Source of the DNA: Abditibacteriaceae bacterium
GTDB taxonomy: Bacteria; Armatimonadota; Abditibacteriia; Abditibacteriales; Abditibacteriaceae
Reading direction: 5' to 3'
Assembly (NCBI GenBank): GCA_965277285.1
Contig: OZ255721.1
Location: forward strand, 1,504,001-1,568,000
DNA: 64,000 bases
Part shown: positions 59,536-64,000 of the stretch, in pieces
How positions within the stretch are numbered: position 1 is the first letter of the stretch
Layout of the letters: the number at the start of each line of letters is the position of its first letter
Translations under genes and position numbers: made by a program
Notes under the pieces: model-generated
Told to the model about the DNA's origin: nothing
The model's input: the letters and a program-made list of their open reading frames with translations, nothing else
The model's database searches: none

Positions 59536-62108
59536 TGAACCGGCGATTGTGGCAAGTTGGGCAACGGATCGTTTCTGACGGACGGCGCGGCGGGCGGCAG
59601 TTGCGCATCGGGCGAAGGCGGAAGCGGCAACGGCGGCAACACTTGCGATGGCGTTGGTTGTGGCGTTGGAGTACTCGAAATCGGCGCGCGCGGCGTCGGT
59701 TGCGGCTGTGGCGTCGATTGCGGGATGAACGTTGGCGTTGGTGTGGCAATGGGTGGTTGGATTTGCGGCAAGTCAATCGAGCGCGGCATGAAGCCAACCG
59801 GAACTTGCGCCGCCAAATACAAGTTCTTCGACGGCATCATCGAACCTGTGTTGCGCCACCACGGGAAAACATTCGTCACGCGGCTCCATTCCAGCGCGTT
59901 TTCACCAAACACATTATCGGTCGAATTGCTTACAACAGCGGCGTCCGAGGAATGATAAATCCACGTAAAGCGCACGGTTTGGTCGATTTGCATTCGGTGT
60001 TGCGGACGCAGATCTGGAATCTGCGAAAGCGGAATGCTCGCTTCGTAGAACGTGATTTTGTTGCGTTCATCGCGCGTCACGACGCAGCGCGCACCGGAAA
60101 TATCGCCGCCCCAGTTGACGCGATCCGTCGCGGTTTCAAAGCCGCTTTGCGGAGACCACAAACGCAAGGCGCGCCCGACGACCTGGCCTTCGCTCGAAGT
60201 CGCAAACGGCGACAACAACACGCCGTAATCGGTATCGCGGAAGGCTCCGGCGGAGGGCAAAGCGTCGCCTTCGCTGCGCATCCCAAAGGCGAGTTGCAGC
60301 GCGTCGCTGTTTTGCCAGAACAAGTATTCATTCGTCGTTGCAGGTCGCGCCTGAAACGCGTTTTCGCGCACGCGCGCCGCGACGTATAAATTATCGTCGT
60401 CGAAAAACAAAGCGACTTGCGCGCGCACGCCCGACTTTTCATCCGGTGAACTGGCTTCCATCCACGACGCGTTGTCCCATTCGTTTAAGGTGCCATCCAC
60501 ATTTATGGCGCCGTCCGCCACGCGCGGAATCGTTGCAACGCGCGCGTCCTGCTTGCGTTTCCAGCGGCCAGCGTCGCTCTTCGCTTCAGTTTCAATCGGA
60601 TAAACGCCGCTCGCGTTCGCAGCCGAAGTTAAAACCGGAAAACTCAAAACGCGCGTTTCGCCAGGCGCCAAAACCAAATCGGTGCGATCGTTGGCCAGTA
60701 GCCAGTTTTTCGGAGCGCCGACGCGAAACGTGCCCTGGAACGGCGCGATACCGATGTTTTGCACGCGCACGCGCAGCGCCAAGTTTCGTGGCGCTGCGCC
60801 GTTGGGGATCAATCGCGTGAACGGCAGAACCTGCACACCAATCGCGGGAAGACTTTTCAAAGTCGCGTTACCCCAAGCGTCCCGCGATTGTTTTGGTGAG
60901 ACATCGGCCAAAACATAAACTGGATTGCTGCTCAGCGGAACGACTAAACGGTCTTTGTCGGAACGGGCGATTTCGTTTCCGAAAATGTCTAAAACGCGCG
61001 CTCCGGCCAGGCGCGTCTCCAATCGAGTACTCGAATTGTTGTCGCCGTCGCTCCACAAGACGACGATGCGCGACGAAGCGATGCGAAAACTGGCGCTTTG
61101 AACCACTGGAGAACCGGGATACAGCGTGCCTTCGCCCGTCGCGCCTTCGAGCAAGCGCGCCATTTGCGACCACGCCGCAGCGCACGTCAGGCGCGTGTCG
61201 GCATCCGACAAAGGCGACGGCAACAGCGACCGCACCGAAGCCGCACCCGCGCTTTTCGCCAGCACGCTGCACTTCACCAGCGACGACGCAGCGCGGATGG
61301 CGCTATTGCCGGCCACGACATCGTTGCGCACCGAAAAGACCGGCGTGGCTTTTTGCGCCGCCAACAATGTGCGATTCCAATTCGCGCCTTCGCCCGTTCC
61401 CTGCTCGTCATCCGATGCGTCGCTCAATTGCGGATACGGCAAGGTCATCGTCATGTCGGCGGGCAAAGCACCGGAACTTTGCGACGGCTGATTGGCGCCC
61501 ACACGATTAAGAAAATCGTCTTCCTCGGCAGCGCGCGGCGCACGCGACGACAGTTCAAAAAACGGGCTGGAAAGCGGCGAAGTCGCGGTCGTAAACGGCG
61601 CGGGTGGCGCGACAACGGCAAAGGAAAAGGTCGCGCGCACGACATCATCTTCGCCTTTGCGCGCGGCGCGCGATTCGACATCAATGCGATAAGCGCCCAG
61701 AGTTTTCGGCTGAAACAATTCGCGGCGGCGAATCATGCCATTGGCGGGCAGCGTCAACTTTTCTTTGTCGCTGGCGAGCGTGTGGCCAAAAGCATCGCGC
61801 ACGCGCCACGAAAGCGTGATCTTGCGCTCGAGATTGAGATCGTTCCAGGCGCGCAAACCCCACGCAATCGGCGTCTGCGTGCGCAGCGTTTCGCGCTCGG
61901 AATAAACGAAAGTCGGTTCTTCATTGTCCAGTTGAAGACGCAAACCGGACGCATTGACTGGCGCGGGAAGCGTTGTAATCTGCGCGCGCGCAGGAAGCAC
62001 GAGCGTCGTTCCAGCGAGCGCAATAACGAGTACTCGAACGGCGAAATAGAAACGAGTCGGAAAGCGAAAAAACACAAAAACCCTCCGAAGAATCAGGGAA
62101 GTTAACAA
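59532..62108 (-). CDS. Exported carbohydrate-binding protein (NEW3-like Ig domain, CBM9-like domain, Pro-rich tail)
   Basis: INVDGTLNEW..., FDDDNLYVAARVRE, WQNSDALQLAF, YEASIPL; PTP-rich C-terminus; start uncertain. Confidence 0.7.
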   Translation of the reverse strand: MLTSLILRRVFVFFRFPTRFYFAVRVLVIALAGTTLVLPARAQITTLPAPVNASGLRLQLDNEEPTFVYSERETLRTQTPIAWGLRAWNDLNLERKITLSWRVRDAFGHTLASDKEKLTLPANGMIRRRELFQPKTLGAYRIDVESRAARKGEDDVVRATFSFAVVAPPAPFTTATSPLSSPFFELSSRAPRAAEEDDFLNRVGANQPSQSSGALPADMTMTLPYPQLSDASDDEQGTGEGANWNRTLLAAQKATPVFSVRNDVVAGNSAIRAASSLVKCSVLAKSAGAASVRSLLPSPLSDADTRLTCAAAWSQMARLLEGATGEGTLYPGSPVVQSASFRIASSRIVVLWSDGDNNSSTRLETRLAGARVLDIFGNEIARSDKDRLVVPLSSNPVYVLADVSPKQSRDAWGNATLKSLPAIGVQVLPFTRLIPNGAAPRNLALRVRVQNIGIAPFQGTFRVGAPKNWLLANDRTDLVLAPGETRVLSFPVLTSAANASGVYPIETEAKSDAGRWKRKQDARVATIPRVADGAINVDGTLNEWDNASWMEASSPDEKSGVRAQVALFFDDDNLYVAARVRENAFQARPATTNEYLFWQNSDALQLAFGMRSEGDALPSAGAFRDTDYGVLLSPFATSSEGQVVGRALRLWSPQSGFETATDRVNWGGDISGARCVVTRDERNKITFYEASIPLSQIPDLRPQHRMQIDQTVRFTWIYHSSDAAVVSNSTDNVFGENALEWSRVTNVFPWWRNTGSMMPSKNLYLAAQVPVGFMPRSIDLPQIQPPIATPTPTFIPQSTPQPQPTPRAPISSTPTPQPTPSQVLPPLPLPPSPDAQLPPAAPSVRNDPLPNLPQSPVQ

Positions 62109-62116
62109 GAAGTCTA

Positions 62117-62207
62117 ACCAACGAACCCGAAGCGTGAGCGACGGGCTTAAGTAGAAACTACATGAACCGTGAACTAAGCCCGTCGCTCACGCTTCGGGTT
62201 CGTTGGT
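62117..62207. repeat. AACCCGAAGCGTGAGCGA-family inverted repeat overlapping the 3' end of the DUF167 gene
   Basis: ACCAACGAACCCGAAGCGTGAGCGACGGGCTTA ... TAAGCCCGTCGCTCACGCTTCGGGTTCGTTGGT. Confidence 0.88.
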
Positions 62208-62510
62208 CGTCGGCAGAGATTGCGACAAACGTTCACGAACTTGGTCTTCATTCAACAACGCGGCGCGCACGATTTTGTCCCGAACTGTCTGGCCACGCTC
62301 CAATGACAGCGCAGTTTTAGGCGTTTTCAAGGCTTTGGACAACACGTTCAAAACTGCCGCGTTCGCTTTTCCGTCTTCGGGCGCCGCCGTCACGCTGAGC
62401 AGCAAAGCGCCGTTACGCACGCCTTCAATTTTGTTGACGCAACCACGCGGACGAACCCGCAACGAAATCAAAACACCTTTATCGTCGGTGCGCAACGCGA
62501 GATCATTCAC
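62187..62510 (-). CDS. DUF167 (YggU) family protein
   Basis: LRVRPR, VTAAPEDGKAN, G.T.R.K motifs; next to proC. Confidence 0.9.
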   Translation of the reverse strand: MNDLALRTDDKGVLISLRVRPRGCVNKIEGVRNGALLLSVTAAPEDGKANAAVLNVLSKALKTPKTALSLERGQTVRDKIVRAALLNEDQVRERLSQSLPTTNEPEA

Positions 62511-62556
62511 GATTTTTGAACCGCAAAGGCGCGGAGATGCAAAGAAAAAGTGAGTT

Positions 62557-62632
62557 GTAGGGGCGTCAGCTTGCTGCGCCCGTGTTCAACGTTTGATCTC
62601 GCAAAGTGGGCACGGCAAGCTGACGCCCCTAC
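62557..62632. repeat. GTAG REP doublet
   Basis: GTAGGGGCGTCAGCTTGCTGCGCCC ... GGGCACGGCAAGCTGACGCCCCTAC. Confidence 0.8.
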
Positions 62633-62641
62633 GAATCCAAT

Positions 62642-63493
62642 TCATTCCTTGCTGCTTCTCCGCACTTTGAGATGAATCAATTTCCCACTCAGTTCGCGCG
62701 AACGTTTGGTGGCCGCTTCGACGGCTTCCATTGTCGCACCGCGAAAAGCGCGTTTTTCCAGCGCCGCCAAACCCGCGATAGTGGTTCCGCCCGGCGAAGT
62801 CACCATGTCTTTTAATTGTCCGGGATGCTGTCTGGTTTCCAACACCATTTTCGCCGCGCCTAAAACCGTTTGCGCCGCGAGTTGCGTGGCCGTCGCGCGC
62901 GGCAAACCGTTTTGCACGCCGGCGTCGCTCAAGGCTTCGATGAACAAGTAAACGTACGCCGGGCCGGAGCCGGAAAGTCCCGTCACAGCATCCAGCAAAC
63001 TTTCCGGCACATCGACAACAATCCCGACCGCGCCGAAGATTTTGTGCGCCAATTCGCGCTGCGCTGCGCCCGCGTGTTCACCTAAACAAACGGCGCTCGC
63101 CGCCGCGCCGACCAGACACGGCGTGTTCGGCATCACACGCACAATCGGAAAGGGTTTTTCAAAGCCGCTTTGCAAGCGCGCGGTGGAAACTCCTGCCGCA
63201 ATCGAAATCAAGGTCTGGCTGACATGGAGTACTCGATAAAGCGGTTCGAGCGCCTTATCGACAACTTGCGGCTTGACAGCCAACAAAATCGCATCGCAAC
63301 CTTGCACGGCTTCTTCGGCACTCGATGCGACACGAATGCCGATTTCGTCGGACAAACGATGCAGCTTTGCCGCATCCAAATCGAAAGCGGAAATATTTTG
63401 CGGTTCGTAAACTTTGGCGTCGATCAGACCACGCATCAAGGCTTCACCCATCGCGCCCGCGCCTAAAAAAGCAATGCTTTCCGGTGATTTCAT
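62642..63493 (-). CDS. proC: Pyrroline-5-carboxylate reductase
   Basis: GAGAMG, LAVKPQ, SIAAGV, RVMPNTP, TGLSGSGPAY, VTSPGGTT. Confidence 0.96.
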   Translation of the reverse strand: MKSPESIAFLGAGAMGEALMRGLIDAKVYEPQNISAFDLDAAKLHRLSDEIGIRVASSAEEAVQGCDAILLAVKPQVVDKALEPLYRVLHVSQTLISIAAGVSTARLQSGFEKPFPIVRVMPNTPCLVGAAASAVCLGEHAGAAQRELAHKIFGAVGIVVDVPESLLDAVTGLSGSGPAYVYLFIEALSDAGVQNGLPRATATQLAAQTVLGAAKMVLETRQHPGQLKDMVTSPGGTTIAGLAALEKRAFRGATMEAVEAATKRSRELSGKLIHLKVRRSSKE

Positions 63494-63508
63494 AAAAGCG
63501 AATTGGTG

Positions 63509-63646
63509 AACGAACCCCAAGTGTGAGCGCGGGGCTGAAGTCACATCTACGTCAGCCCCGCGCTTACACAACTTGCCAGCGCACAAGTAGCGCTGACATC
63601 TGACCAGGCTGTTACTTCAGCCCCGCGCTCACGCTTGGGGTTCGTT
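63509..63646. repeat. AACCCGAAGCG-family inverted repeat with an internal third arm
   Basis: AACGAACCCCAAGTGTGAGCGCGGGGCTGAAGT ... ACTTCAGCCCCGCGCTCACGCTTGGGGTTCGTT. Confidence 0.8.
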
Positions 63647-63652
63647 AAAAAT

Positions 63653-64000
63653 TTATCGTTCCCACGGGCGGCGTTCGGCGGAATTATAAGCCTGCGGCGA
63701 AAAACTTTGCTGTGGAATTGGTTGTCCCGCGCTTGGCGAACTTTGCGGCGCCAATCCAGTACTCGATGGCGGCAGCGTTTGGCCTTGCGCACTTTGAGCG
63801 GCGCGCAACGCATCGCGCTGCGCGGAAATCTGCGCATTCAGCGGCGCGGATGTCACGACTGGCGCGCCGACGCTTTGCACCGTGACAGTTGAACTCGAAC
63901 TCGAAGAAGTTTTCTGCGCGTGTTCGACATCGCGGAAAAAGAAATCGGGGTTCTCGCCGTAATCGGTTTCGTCGCTGGTGATTTCAAATTCAGGCGGCGT
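63653..64000 (-). CDS. 3' part of a gene running off the window end; low-complexity C-terminus
   Basis: Open frame from the window edge (PPEFEITSD...) to AERRPWER*. Confidence 0.55.
   Translation of the reverse strand, partial: TPPEFEITSDETDYGENPDFFFRDVEHAQKTSSSSSSTVTVQSVGAPVVTSAPLNAQISAQRDALRAAQSAQGQTLPPSSTGLAPQSSPSAGQPIPQQSFSPQAYNSAERRPWER

Larger units (their letters stand above)
163..63766. repeat. Dispersed highly iterated palindrome TCGAGTACTCGA (HIP-like); 39 perfect copies plus ~35 variants
   Basis: Perfect 12-mers start at 163, 2850, 3352, 3807, 3911, 8817, 10168, 10558, 11412, 13237, 15584, 16614, 17248, 18597, 19615, 22076, 22326, 25014, 25531, 26766, 29996, 33746, 35000, 35013, 36913, 38266, 38753, 39676, 40746, 41412, 43595, 45544, 49934, 52225, 53913, 54894, 55250, 58976, 61023 (counted by eye). 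Variants extend to about 63766. Confidence 0.97.

Noticed and set aside
163..63766. Palindrome copies as a CRISPR array or integron attC sites
   Set aside because: They are only 12-18 bp, irregularly spaced and often inside genes. There are no cas or intI genes and no attC R/L box structure.
163..63766. Palindrome as a cloning linker or adapter artefact
   Set aside because: Copies keep reading frames of conserved genes intact, show a graded mismatch spectrum and blend into RBSs and terminators. Raw reads would give final confirmation.

Overview
Bacterial chromosomal window of moderately high GC. The DUF1559 prepilin-like gene, LacI/GH13 module and general gene set suggest an Armatimonadota/Abditibacteriota-like organism (inference only). 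It carries mostly housekeeping genes: multi-PAS histidine kinase, ppdK, cysS, a SigB/F/G-type sigma factor, M16 peptidase, SplB-like radical SAM, family-5 UDG, aceE-aceF-lpdA, an ABC transporter trio, rpmB, secG-tRNA-Leu(GAG), larB/larC, a large surface protein, clpB, the dnaK-hsp20-hsp20-dnaJ-hspR operon and proC. The dominant signal is a highly iterated 12-bp palindrome, TCGAGTACTCGA. I counted 39 perfect copies by eye plus roughly 35 near-perfect ones, more than 1 per kb. It sits in most intergenic gaps (often just after stop codons) and inside conserved genes in all three frames (EYS, SSTR, RVLD/E peptides). It forms the core of one terminator, doubles as a Shine-Dalgarno site twice, and ends a 63-bp direct repeat flanking a 5-kb carbohydrate island inserted at the 3' end of rpmB. 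Its behaviour resembles cyanobacterial HIP1 but the sequence is different. Also present: an AT-rich ABC-ATPase + PIN two-gene islet (candidate defence system), three HAIR-like HspR operators, several REP/MITE-like intergenic hairpin families, and two disrupted genes. All counts and coordinates were read by eye; no database searches were run.
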